NCBI RefSeq assembly: GCF_964355755.1
Contig: NC_092676.1
Location: 4,255,888 to 4,319,887 of the forward strand
DNA: 64,000 bases
Direction: 5' to 3'
DNA from: Antedon mediterranea
Taxonomy: Eukaryota; Animalia; Echinodermata
In this document: one piece after another, positions 55,401 through 64,000 of the stretch
Layout: each line of letters opens with the position of its first letter
Numbering within the stretch: the first letter of the stretch is position 1
The notes under the pieces: model-generated
The model's database searches: none
The model's input: the letters and a program-made list of their open reading frames with translations, nothing else
Told to the model about the DNA's origin: nothing
Position numbers and translations under genes: made by a program

Positions 55401-58400
55401 TTGTATCCTACTATAGTAGGCCTATTAACTGTTATATTAGGGGTATAGGGGTGCAACCTGTCACGGGGTACATAATATTGTAGACACCGAGGTTATAGGC
55501 CTACCTAAGCCTACTAGAGTGATTACCGTACTGTTATATTGTACCCTGTCACGAGGGTACAGACATTTGTCACAATATTGGGAATATTAACTCGTCAATT
55601 GCCGTGTATTAGATTATGTCATTCACATGGTTACAGATTAGTTTTTACGGTGCGTTTTTTATATTGTCTATCGTAGGCCTAAAGAATTAGCCACAATTCA
55701 TGATTTATAGTAGGCCTATAATAATGTATTACAGGATGTGAGAAAACTGTTCAATTTTATATTCTTAAGTTGGTCTATTTCGTAGGGAGGCGTGGATCAT
55801 TATTTTAAAAGAGTTACTATAAATGTATCTCCACAATCGGTCGCTATTGGCCAGGCTAGCCAGCCTAGTTCACATCACAGCTATATAAGCAGCTACAGCA
55901 GGCTCGGCTGTTTCGATTCAGAGATATCGGACTTCCGCGTCAGAGGCCTAGGTTATTTTCTCGATAAACAATCATTGCATGGTACATTTATGGATAATGT
56001 AGGTACATGAACAGTAGTATTTTTGTTATTATTACTGTACTAAAGACCTATAGGCTACATAAGTTGTGCGGGAGCGGTAGACATCTAAATATAAAATGTT
56101 ACTTAACATTACGTACGAGCGAGAGGGGATACTAAAAATTATGGGCGGATACAGTATGCTAATTATGTTGTGACGTTATTTGTAATTCAATAGGGGGTGC
56201 ACTCTGTTACGGGGGTACCTAAAATTTTAGAACAACGGCAGCCACCGCGTGGATGTGAAAAAACTGTTCGGGAAGTCAGGGTCACAACGCTAAAAACAGC
56301 ATTACGATTCTTAGATAGATAGGCCTACTGATACTTATTAATATCATTATAATTATTTTAACGCGTGGCGTAGTCATATTTTAATTATTAATTCATGTAT
56401 GGCATAGGCCAAGTTTCATCCATCGCTCTCTCGCTCGCGCAACGACTATCTAGGCTACAGTAAATCCCTATAACACTCCGACTCTCCGTGGTGTGGCACT
56501 ATTAATTATTAGTGCAAGCTATAATTCACTTCCCAGAGCTCTGGACATGCGCAATAGCGTGTCGGATTCCCTAATGATGGGCAGTTGAGTTCCGGTGCCG
56601 GAATCCTAACCACGGCGAATATAATATGTTTTTATTTCACCTGTATCGAATTATAAGAATTTATTTTCATCTTTAAAATACTCATTGTTATCACACCACC
56701 AGTATTCATCATTATCGTAGTGTTCTACTATGTAATTGTAATATAGAAATACATGAATTACTGAATTGTATTATTTACTGCTTGTGTTTTTTTTATACAA
56801 AACCATTATAGTCGGATGCCCAACATATTGCACATGTAATGTCTGGACGTGTGAAGATGATTGTTATAATCTCACTACATGTACTGGATGGAATACAAAT
56901 ATACATACAGAGCTTGTTGACTACAATGTGTATGATCCAATAACAACATTGTAAGTAGAACATTTTTTATCGATATTTTGAAATCTAACTAAATTTATGT
57001 CATACTGTGAGCAAAATCTACAATTTATATTTCTTTGATAATAGGTTCATGCTATTTATACAGCAGGATCATGATAATATTTAACAGAGGGGGAGTGGGT
57101 GGATTTTGTTAATGTGGAACTACTGGTCTTGTGCCGGTCTACAGTATATTTAGGTCGTTTCAGTCAGTTTACGGGCTCATCAGTATTCTGGTCAATTTCC
57201 GTATACGACATTTTACGTAAGAATGTGATAGTAGACTAAAAATTAAAATTATTTATCCACCATGATTGAACTATTTATTTTTGTAAGATCTAAGAATTGA
57301 AACTGAATCTGTATTACATATTAGATAATACATTTATTATAATATGGTTGCTATCAAACAATTACATTTGGTGAAGACATTTTATTTTAAGAAAATAAGT
57401 TATTAAATTATATTTATATTTATAATAATATACCACATTTTAATAAAAAATGACAAAATGTTAATAAGTAGGCCTAATCATGGATTAATAATATGTACCT
57501 TTTGATTCCATGATTATTTACAGTAAACCCAATTTTAAAATCAACATTTTTAAAATTTATCAACCATGATTGAACTATTTATTTTTGTAAGATCTAAGCA
57601 TTGAAACTGAATCTGAATTACATATAGATAATACATTTATTATATGGTTGCTATCAAACAATTTTAATTAGTTGTAGACATTTTATTTTTTAATAAAATA
57701 TACATTTTTATTTTAACATAGTATATTTTGTAAATCACTAAAGTACATACAATAGAGTACATGCAGTATAACTACTGTATAATGTACAGGAATATAGACA
57801 TTTCAACATTTGAGGTGACAGAAAAACTAAAATAATTTAAAAACAGCTTGGATATTGTGATTTACTTATACTGTGGATTCATTTTACTTTTAAGGATTTT
57901 CCCCACTGAACAAATAAGTACATTGCAAGCCAATGCATTTGCTGGTTTGACAGCATTGGAAACACTGTAAGTGTATTGCTTATGTTTGCTTACTTTTACC
58001 AATTTGGTTTTAGATTAGAAATTAAACTAAAAATTATTTTACATTGTTGGTTAAACAATGATAATTGATTAATATTATTGTATAATTTTACAATTTGTGA
58101 TCTTATAAAAATATCTTTATAAATCACTAGTTTTTAGTTTATCCACCATGAATGAACTTTATTTTTTCTGTAATATATATAATATAGGCTTAATATATAT
58201 TAATTCAATATATTCACAATATAAATATCATTATAATGAATGTTACTAAATAATAATATTTGTTTATTTATTAATTTTGTCTTATAAGAATAAAAATTAT
58301 TAAAATTTATATATATATTGTATATTTGTATACATTAAAATGTTGATACAATACAATGCATTGTATTTGTAGGATCAATTATAATAATGGACTAATATGT

Positions 58401-60696
58401 AACTTATGATTTCATGATTATTTACAGTAAAACAAATTTAAAAAGCAACAATTTTTTAATTTATGCACCATGATTGAACTATTTACTTTTGTAAGATATA
58501 ACAATAGAAATTAAATCTGTATACATATTAGATACTACATTTGTTATATGGTTGCTAACAAACAATTTGAAATTCGTGTAGAAATTTTCTTTTAGGAAAA
58601 TAAGTTATTAAAATATATTTATCACATTTTTATTTTAACTTAGTATATTTTGACATATAAGACATGCAGTATAACTACTGTATAATGTACAGGAATGTAG
58701 AAATTTCAACATTTAATTTAGAAACAGCTTGTGATTTACTTGTACTGTGCATTCTTTTTACTTTTAAGGAATTTGAACAATAACCAAATAAGTACATTAC
58801 CAGCCAATGCATTTGCTGGTTTGACAGCATTGGAAACACTGTAAGTGGTGTATTGCTTATGTTTGCTTACTTTTACCAATTTGGTTTTAATTTAGAAAAT
58901 AAACTAAAAATTATTTTACATTGTTGGTTAAACAATGATAATTGATTAATATTATTGTATAATTTTACAATTTGTGATCTTATAAAAATATTTTTATAAA
59001 TCACTAGTTTTTAGTTCATCCACCATGAATGTTTATGTAGTGAGTTTGTTTTATGAGAATAAAAATTATTAAAATATAAATATATTTTATATTTTGACAT
59101 TAAGATGTTGATACAATACAGTGCATGTATTGTAGGATCAATTGTAATAATGGACTAATATGTACCTTATGATTTCATGATTATACAGTCAAACAAATTT
59201 TAAAATCAACATTTTTAAAATTTATCCACCATGATTGAACTATTTATTTTTTAGATTACCGGGTGTCACGAAACCTAAGACCACGAAAGCTAAGACCTCC
59301 TAAGACCTAAGATCACGAAAGCTAAGACCCAAGACCTAAGATTACAAATATTTATCTTTCGCACCTGCCTTGTATTTTAACTCCCAACATTTATTCTGAA
59401 TACCACACCTTAGAATTGGCACTTTCATGAAAAATAATCACATAAAAAGTAACAAATACATTTTTAAATTGATGATTTTACAGACGTTTTTCTCGCACAC
59501 AAAATGACTAGCCTACACTAGTAGGCCTACCCCATGTTCAATGTTTTTGTTTATATGGAATGTCAAAAGAGCAAAAATTATATAGAGGGCTGAAAACTCT
59601 GTGGAGTCCATCTACAGTGTGGATGGAACAATGTAAAATTAAAATTGTAATGATAATAGTATAATCATGCAAGTACGAAGAAATAAATATTGGCAAATAA
59701 ATTTTAACTTAAAAATCATGATAAGTTTTTTTGTTTCGTTTTCTTTCTGTTTTATACTTGTACTATTATTGTTGCTCTTTTGGCGCTCCATAGAAACAAA
59801 AACATTGAGCATGTGGAGCTCGAGGAGTTACATTACAGTATACAAAGAAACACGTCTGTAAAATCATCAATTTAAAGGATTTATTTATTTGTTATTATGT
59901 GTTTCTCCTTCTGAAAGTACTTATAAGTCCTAATTTTAAAGTGTGGTATTCAGGATAAAGTTAGTCAACAAATTTGAAGTCAAAATACAAGAAAGGCAGG
60001 TGCGTAAGAAAAACATCCTCTGAACCAACACATTGGAGTAAATATATACCAACAAACAACCCGTCAAGTTTGTTTGTTGTAAAGAAAAAATATACATTTA
60101 CTCAACGGGTGAAAATAATGTGAGTTTATCTATGTTTTGCGGTAGTATTAAATTATATTTATGGTAATAAATGAAACCTACTGTGTTTAAAATTATGTAT
60201 GGATAAACAAGTATTGTTTTTAAGCTGTAGTATACCTTAGAATTTGTAATCTTAAGTCTTGGGTCTTAGCTTTCGTGATCTTAGGTCTTAGGGGCTCTTA
60301 GCTTTCGTGGTCTTAGGTTTCGTGACACCCTTAGATTACCAATTGAAACTGAATCTGTATACATATAGATAATACATTTATTATATGGTTGCTAACAAAC
60401 AATTTTAATTTGATGTAGACATTTTATTTTTATAAAATAAGTTATTAAAATATACATTTTTATTTTAACATAGTATATTTTGACATAACTAAAGTACATA
60501 ACTACTGTATAATGTACAGGAATGTAGACATTTCAACATTTGAGGTGACAGAAAAACTAAAATAATTTAAAAACAGCTTGGATATTGTGATTTACTTATA
60601 CTGTGGATTCATTTTACTTTTAAGGTATTTGGACAGGAACCAAATAAGTACATTACCAGCCAATGCATTTGCTGGTTTGACAGAATTGGAAAGACT
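7421..60696 (+). CDS. Spliced gene model (3' incomplete): signal peptide - 17 x SRCR - LRRNT - at least 3 x LRR; putative scavenger/pattern-recognition receptor
   Basis: The exons listed below have AG/GT boundaries with compatible phases (1, 1-1 x17, 1-2, 2-2) and join into one open frame. Whether all are in one transcript is inferred. Confidence 0.7.
7846..7920. mobile_element. Harbinger-type MITE end fragment
   Basis: TAA followed by GGCCGGTTCACACT; partner end not found. Confidence 0.35.
9447..11915. repeat. 83-bp satellite, ~30 copies, in the first intron
   Basis: Unit CGTATTATCACATACGATTGTTACGTCACACTTTATAAGATTTGACTGGTTTTAATCGCCGGACATCACTTCCATTTTGTATG; unit starts at 9447 and 9530. Confidence 0.95.
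12216..12310 (+). pseudogene. 3'-truncated SRCR pseudo-exon
   Basis: TGCAG|ACATTAGACTT acceptor, encodes [31 protein letters not shown], then jumps into the intron sequence that follows exon 13 (27832 onward). Confidence 0.85.
12696..13001 (+). CDS. SRCR exon 1 (group A, 6 Cys)
   Basis: TTTTAATAG acceptor; [34 protein letters not shown]; donor G|GTAGGT; 306 bp. Confidence 0.92.
13190..13504 (+). mobile_element. tRNA-derived SINE with Deu/Nin-like core; duplicated copies at 16768-17081, 20285-20598, 23802-24115, 26401-26715
   Basis: A box TGGCCGAGCGG, B box GGTTCGAGGC, core GGATAAGGACTATAAACCG..GTGCAC..TAAAGAACC, 3' stem-loop and (CAAT)n tail. Paralogous introns (e.g. ~28700, ~46325) show the empty site. 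Confidence 0.85.
13700..14005. repeat. 15-bp minisatellite (TTTTATATCTGTTCA)n; also at 17278-17522, 20795-21040, 28903-29080
   Basis: Direct reading; present as a single unit in the other paralogous introns. Confidence 0.95.
14442..14747 (+). CDS. SRCR exon 2
   Basis: Same motifs; CATTTAG acceptor; G|GTAGGT donor; 306 bp. Confidence 0.92.
15595..15903 (+). CDS. SRCR exon 3
   Basis: Same motifs; CAG|GTAAAA donor; 309 bp. Confidence 0.92.
16276..16581 (+). CDS. SRCR exon 4
   Basis: Same motifs; 306 bp; phase 1-1. Confidence 0.92.
17959..18264 (+). CDS. SRCR exon 5 (same protein as exon 2)
   Basis: Exon 2 shifted by 3517 bp. Confidence 0.92.
19112..19420 (+). CDS. SRCR exon 6 (same protein as exon 3)
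   Basis: Exon 3 shifted by 3517 bp. Confidence 0.92.
19793..20098 (+). CDS. SRCR exon 7 (same protein as exon 4)
   Basis: Exon 4 shifted by 3517 bp. Confidence 0.92.
21476..21781 (+). CDS. SRCR exon 8 (same protein as exon 2)
   Basis: Exon 5 shifted by 3517 bp. Confidence 0.92.
22629..22937 (+). CDS. SRCR exon 9 (exon 3 type with CDN to CDD change)
   Basis: Exon 6 shifted by 3517 bp, with two substitutions. Confidence 0.92.
23310..23615 (+). CDS. SRCR exon 10 (same protein as exon 4)
   Basis: Exon 7 shifted by 3517 bp. Confidence 0.92.
24772..25080 (+). CDS. SRCR exon 11
   Basis: Same motifs; CAG|GTAAAA donor; 309 bp. Confidence 0.92.
25470..25510 (+). pseudogene. Remnant of an SRCR exon 5' end
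   Basis: TTTTAATAG|TAAACTATATTAGATTTGTGAATGGCAGCAATATCTATGAG fused directly to downstream intron sequence. Confidence 0.75.
25915..26223 (+). CDS. SRCR exon 12
   Basis: Same motifs; GAG|GTAAAG donor; 309 bp. Confidence 0.92.
27516..27824 (+). CDS. SRCR exon 13
   Basis: Same motifs; AAG|GTAGGG donor; 309 bp. Confidence 0.92.
28218..28523 (+). CDS. SRCR exon 14
   Basis: Same motifs; G|GTAGGT donor; 306 bp. Confidence 0.92.
29540..29848 (+). CDS. SRCR exon 15
   Basis: Same motifs; CAG|GTAAAA donor; 309 bp. Confidence 0.92.
30101..32185 (-). repeat. 3' LTR (2085 bp) with internal ~35-bp minisatellite (30303-31887)
   Basis: Matches 44149-45715; polypurine tract AGGAGGGGGGTGA adjacent on the - strand (32186-32198). 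Confidence 0.95.
35802..40054 (-). mobile_element. Decayed Academ-type DNA transposon nested in Gypsy pol
   Basis: TIRs start TAGTCCAGTCAATCTA and are ~120 bp imperfect; 3-bp TSD AAG; removal restores LDLCRLQMK. Broken - strand motifs [61 protein letters not shown] and WGWK resemble Academ transposase/XPG-like domain (recognised from memory). Confidence 0.8.
36975..37830 (+). mobile_element. 5'-truncated CR1-group LINE (Rex1/Babar or L2-like) inside the Academ element
   Basis: [17 protein letters not shown] and KFADDT RT motifs, then frameshifted [24 protein letters not shown]. Confidence 0.85.
41815..43418. mobile_element. MITE/foldback element with (GGACAACTACCCCC)n inverted arms, nested in the Harbinger
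   Basis: 8-bp TSD CAAAAAAT (41807-41814, 43419-43426); arms ~41815-42075 and ~43160-43418. Confidence 0.75.
42139..42520. mobile_element. Mutator-like MITE nested in the previous MITE
   Basis: TIR GGGTGTTTCGAAACTA(G/T)AGACCCGAGACCAGAGACC; 9-bp TSD GTTTTTAAC; internal GGGTCTCCCTTTTCGTATA repeats. Confidence 0.88.
44130..44147 (-). promoter_or_regulatory. Primer-binding site complementary to tRNA-Leu 3' end
   Basis: TGGTGGCAGCGGTGGGAT one base after the 5' LTR; matches the ..ATCCCACCGCTGCCA-CCA end of eukaryotic tRNA-Leu. Confidence 0.85.
44149..45715 (-). repeat. 5' LTR (1567 bp) with a shorter minisatellite (44346-45417)
   Basis: Same unique ends as 30101-32185. Confidence 0.95.
45840..46148 (+). 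CDS. SRCR exon 16
   Basis: Same motifs with a one-codon insertion (HNYCG); G|GTAGGT donor. Confidence 0.9.
46998..47312 (+). CDS. SRCR exon 17
   Basis: Same motifs with an in-frame 6-bp insertion (RVGLHDC); CAAT|GTAAGA donor; 315 bp. Confidence 0.9.
48144..48191 (+). ncRNA. Degenerate minimal type I hammerhead ribozyme (Penelope pLTR-like)
   Basis: CACTTGCA-CTGATGA-AGGGGTAGTGTTTTCC-AAAA-GCTC-TGCTAAGTG; stem I pairs, but the conserved GAAA reads AAAA. Confidence 0.55.
48657..51440 (+). repeat. 94-bp satellite arm, ~29 copies
   Basis: Unit CGGACTGTCTAGAATATTAGGTACCCCGTGACAGATTGCACCCCCTATATTATAACAGTTAATAACTATATACTATAGGGGGTGCAATATATTA. Confidence 0.95.
53412..55489 (-). repeat. Same 94-bp satellite in inverted orientation, ~22 copies
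   Basis: Reverse complement of the 48657-51440 unit. Confidence 0.95.
56812..56950 (+). CDS. LRR N-terminal cap (LRRNT) exon: [46 protein letters not shown]
   Basis: CPxxCxC motif; ATAG acceptor in phase 1; TT|GTAAGT donor in phase 2. Confidence 0.8.
57895..57966 (+). CDS. LRR exon 1 (72 bp): [24 protein letters not shown]
   Basis: TTTTAAG acceptor, CT|GTAAGT donor; 24-aa typical-class LRR; phase 2-2. Confidence 0.85.
58769..58840 (+). CDS. LRR exon 2 (72 bp): [24 protein letters not shown]
   Basis: Matches LxLxxNxIxxLPxxxFxxLxxLxxL; canonical splice sites. Confidence 0.9.
59261..60330. mobile_element. Mutator-like MITE between LRR exons 2 and 3
   Basis: TIR GGGTGTCACGAAACCTAAGACCACGAAAGCTAAGA; 10-bp TSD TTAGATTACC; long imperfect inner inverted repeats. 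Confidence 0.9.
60625..60696 (+). CDS. LRR exon 3 (72 bp): [24 protein letters not shown], weakened donor
   Basis: Paralogue of LRR exons 1 and 2; donor is GTGTAT because GTAA is missing relative to GTAAGTGTAT. Confidence 0.75.
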
Positions 60697-61143
60697 GTGT
60701 ATTGCTTATGTTTGCTTACTTTTACAAATTTGGTTTTAATTTAGAAATTAAACTAAAAATTATTTTACATTGTTGGTTAAAAAATGATAATGGATTAATA
60801 TTATTATATAATTTCACAATTTGTGATCTTTTAAAAAATATCTTTAAAAATCAATAGTTTTTTGCTCATCCAACATGAACATATTTTTTTTGGAATAATA
60901 TTATAATAATTCAAAATAAATTTTTATTGTAAATTCCACAATATAAATATTATTATAACAAATGTTAATAAATAATTAGTATTTGTTTATGTAGTGATTT
61001 TGTTTGATTTTTGAGAATAAAAATTATTAAAATTTAAATATATATTTTGACATTAAAATGTTGATACAATACAGTGCATGTATTGTAGGATCAATTGTAA
61101 TAACGGACTAATAATATGTACCTTATGATTCCATGATTATTTA

Positions 61144-63461
61144 CAGTCAGTCAGTCAGTCAGTCAGTTTAGCTGTATCATCCCCTGTCGGATGTAGCCCT
61201 CCTCATGCTTCTGCCAATCCCGTCTGTTCTGTGCTGTCCTCGCCCACGTGATACCTGCATACTTTGTGATGTCGTCCCTCCATCGCCGTTTCTGGCTTCC
61301 CCTTTTTCTTGTGCCGGTTCTTGGTTGCCATCTGTCATACGTTTTGTCCACCTGTTGTCATCCCTTCTTGCCAGGTGTCCCGCCCAACGCCATTTTGCTT
61401 CTTTTATTTTGTTCATTATATCTTTGACTTTAGTCAATTTCCTTATTACTGTGTTTCTGATTTTATCCCTATTTGTCACTCCGAGCATCTGCCTTTCCAT
61501 AGCTCTTTGTGCAGTGGTTAGTTTTTGTTCCAAAAATGTTTGTTGTTGTCCATGTTTCACAACCATAAGTCATTGTAGGGAGTACACACTGGGTGAAAAC
61601 TCTTCTCCTGTGAACTATTGGGATTTTCTTGTCGCAAAGGATTTCTCTATATCTGCCAAAGCAGCTCCATCCCGCCTTAATTCTTATGAGAATTTCGTCT
61701 CTTGTGTTGTCAGCCATTTTCACTGTTTGGCCCAGGTACTTGTAGCTATCAACTTGTTCGATCCTATCATTTTCAATTTCTATGGACTCATTGTTATGAA
61801 AGTTTGTCATGAACTTTGTCTTTCCTTTGTGTATTTTCAAACCAATCTTCTTGCTCTCTCTGTTCAGATCATTTAACTGTTCCTCCATGTCTTTGACTGT
61901 TTTGGTTGTCAAAGCAACGTCATCTGCAAATCTAAGGTCAGTTAAACTCTCTCCATCAATGTTGACGCCATGTCTTTCCAGGTTTAAATGTTTGAAAATT
62001 TCTTCCTCTATGGTTGTAGTGAATATTTTTGGTGATATTGTGTCCCCTTGTCTGACACCTCTGTTTATGTGGATGAGTTTAGATACATCTTTGTCAAGGT
62101 GTATTGTTGCAGTGGCATCTGTATAAATGTCTTCAATTATCTGAACATAGCCTTCATTTACTACAGTTTTCCTCAGGGCTCTAAACAGATCAGCATGTTC
62201 TACTGAGTCAAATGCCTTCTCGTAGTCTATGAACCCTACGCATAGATGCAGTTGGTATTCATTTGACTTCTCTATTAATTGGTTTAAAGAATGTAGATGG
62301 TCTGTTGTTGAGAATCCCTGCCTGAATCCAGCCTGCTCTCTTGGTTGGTTTTCATCGAGGATTTGTTTTAGTCTGTTTTGAATTATCCTTGTGAATATCT
62401 TGTATGCATGTGATAAAAGACTGATTGGTCTATAATTCTTGATATCGGCTTTGTCTCCCTTCTTGTGTAATATTATGATTTTTGCCTCTTTCCATTTTAC
62501 TGGTATTCTCTTTTCTCTCAAGATATGATTGCACAGCATAACTTGATAGTGGCAAACACACTATTTAAGAAAAATAAGAATAAATATTGGACCTGGGAGA
62601 GCCCAAATGGAAGAACAAGAAATCAAATAGACTTTATTTTAACCAGCCAACGGGGAATTGTAGAGGACTGCAGTGTAATAACAAATGTAGACATTGGTAG
62701 CGACCACAGGATGGTCAGAGCAAAAATACATCTGAAAAGGAAGCTTGAAAGACTAAAGATCATCAAAAACCAAAAGAAACCAAAACTGAACATATTGAAA
62801 CTGAAAAACAGAAAGGAGGAGTTCCAGTTGGAACTTAAAAATCGATTTGCAAGTCTAGACATTGAAGATGCAGATATAGACACCAAATTTGATCTGATAT
62901 CTTCAACAGTGATTGAGGCAGCTGAAGAAATAGCACCTTTGAACAGAGAGACAAAGCTGACATCTGAGGAGGACAGACTGATTGAGGAGCTTGATATAAA
63001 ACGAAAAGAACTTAGAGAAATTGAAAACAAATCAACATCACAACGAATAGAATATACAGAGTTAGTAAAAACAGTGAGAAAGATGAGAAGAACTAGAAGC
63101 AGAAAAAGGAAGAGAGAGCAAATTGAAACCATCTTGGAAAGTGGTAAAGGACCAAAACAGATCACAAAACTGAACCATAAGAAAACTAGAATTAACCAAA
63201 TGAGGAAGAAAGATGGTAACTTAACCACAGATAGAAAGGAAATCCTAAACATATGCGCAGACTTTTATCAAGAGCTGTACAACTCAACCAAGACAGAAAC
63301 CACAATGGATATCAAGAATAAATCTGTAGATGAAACAGAACTTCCAAAAATAACAGCTAGGGAAGTGGAAAAGGCCATCGAACAGATGAAAGATAATAAA
63401 GTACCAGGCTTAGATGACTTAGCCAGCGATATATTTAAGATAGGAGGGGAGGAGATAAACA
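61144..63461 (-). mobile_element. RTE-clade LINE, 5'-truncated, with an inverted 5' segment
   Basis: - strand RT at 61469-62539 (NYRPISLL, QAGFR, GVRQGDTISP, LRFADD), C-terminal WAGHLAR, (ACTG)n tail at 61144-61166; + strand 62540-63461 encodes the APE endonuclease end (WTWESP, QIDFIL, SDH) and linker. Confidence 0.93.
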
Positions 63462-64000
63462 TTATTAGTTATCCGCTTAGTAGCGGATAACTCCTTGTAA
63501 TCGTCCTGTTACTTTTTTTTTTTTTCTTATTTCTTTCTCCCCCATTTTTGTGTCTCACGTATCTCAAAAACTTGTAAACATAACATTTCATAATTTTGTC
63601 AACATATGGGCATATACGTGAAGTTGTGCACCTCCTATTTTTGAATGACGTCAGAGTTGCGCAACGTGACTTACGCGCGATTTTATGATTTTTTATGATT
63701 GACCATAGATTAAAAACCAAGCGTAATTTTGTTTTGACACTTTGTGAAAATTTAAGTCATATCAAGTGCAAATTTTCTATGGATTAAAAATGGCATGTTT
63801 CACAAGAAGTTACGCGCGCACGCGCATTTAAAATTTCAAAATGCGCAAAATTAATTTCTAATCAACTTTCTACGCTGATCATGACATTTTGAGCTTGTCA
63901 AAAATTCCCACGCGCGCGAAAAAAATTACGCGTAAGGTGCGCACGGAGCATGAAAATCATGTGTTTTTATCTTGAATTGTAATTTTCCAGCCTTTCCTAG
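63462..64000 (+). mobile_element. Probable Helentron/DINE-1-like non-autonomous element (runs off the window)
   Basis: Starts TTATTAG with hairpin AGTTATCCGC-TTAGTA-GCGGATAACT, then a pyrimidine tract and TATCTCAAAAAC. Family assignment from general architecture only. Confidence 0.45.

Larger units (their letters stand above)
47533..56617. mobile_element. 9.1-kb non-coding TIR (Mutator/foldback-like) element between the last SRCR exon and the LRRNT exon
   Basis: ~80-bp TIRs starting CGCCGTGGTTAGGATTCCGGCACCGGAACTCAACTGCCCA; 9-bp TSD AATATAATA; second inner inverted-repeat pair starting at 47911 and ending at 56237. Confidence 0.88.

Noticed and set aside
61205-63252. Long antisense ORFs over the LINE and the Gypsy pol
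   Set aside because: Shadow frames of the real RT and endonuclease coding strands.

Overview
Eukaryotic, AT-rich, repeat-dense DNA, most likely from a marine invertebrate such as an echinoderm (inferred from the Deu/Nin-core SINE and the SRCR expansion). The backbone is one + strand multi-exon gene: a signal-peptide exon (7421-7496), 17 intact tandem phase 1-1 six-cysteine SRCR exons (12696-47312) plus two broken SRCR pseudo-exons, an LRRNT exon (56812-56950) and tandem 72-bp phase 2-2 LRR exons (57895, 58769, 60625). No transmembrane or terminal exon is visible, so the gene probably continues beyond the window. It looks like a modular SRCR-LRR immune-type receptor. Its introns contain a full-length defective Gypsy LTR retrotransposon (30101-45715) with a decayed Academ transposon (holding a LINE fragment) and a Harbinger element (holding two nested MITEs), a 9-kb foldback element with inverted 94-bp satellite arms, a MULE-like MITE, an RTE LINE with a 5' inversion, SINEs and an 83-bp satellite. 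Upstream lies a (TA)n-associated cluster of two related ~365-bp tandem repeat families, each carrying a tRNA-like cloverleaf with an unusual anticodon. All calls were made by eye; no database search or alignment was run.
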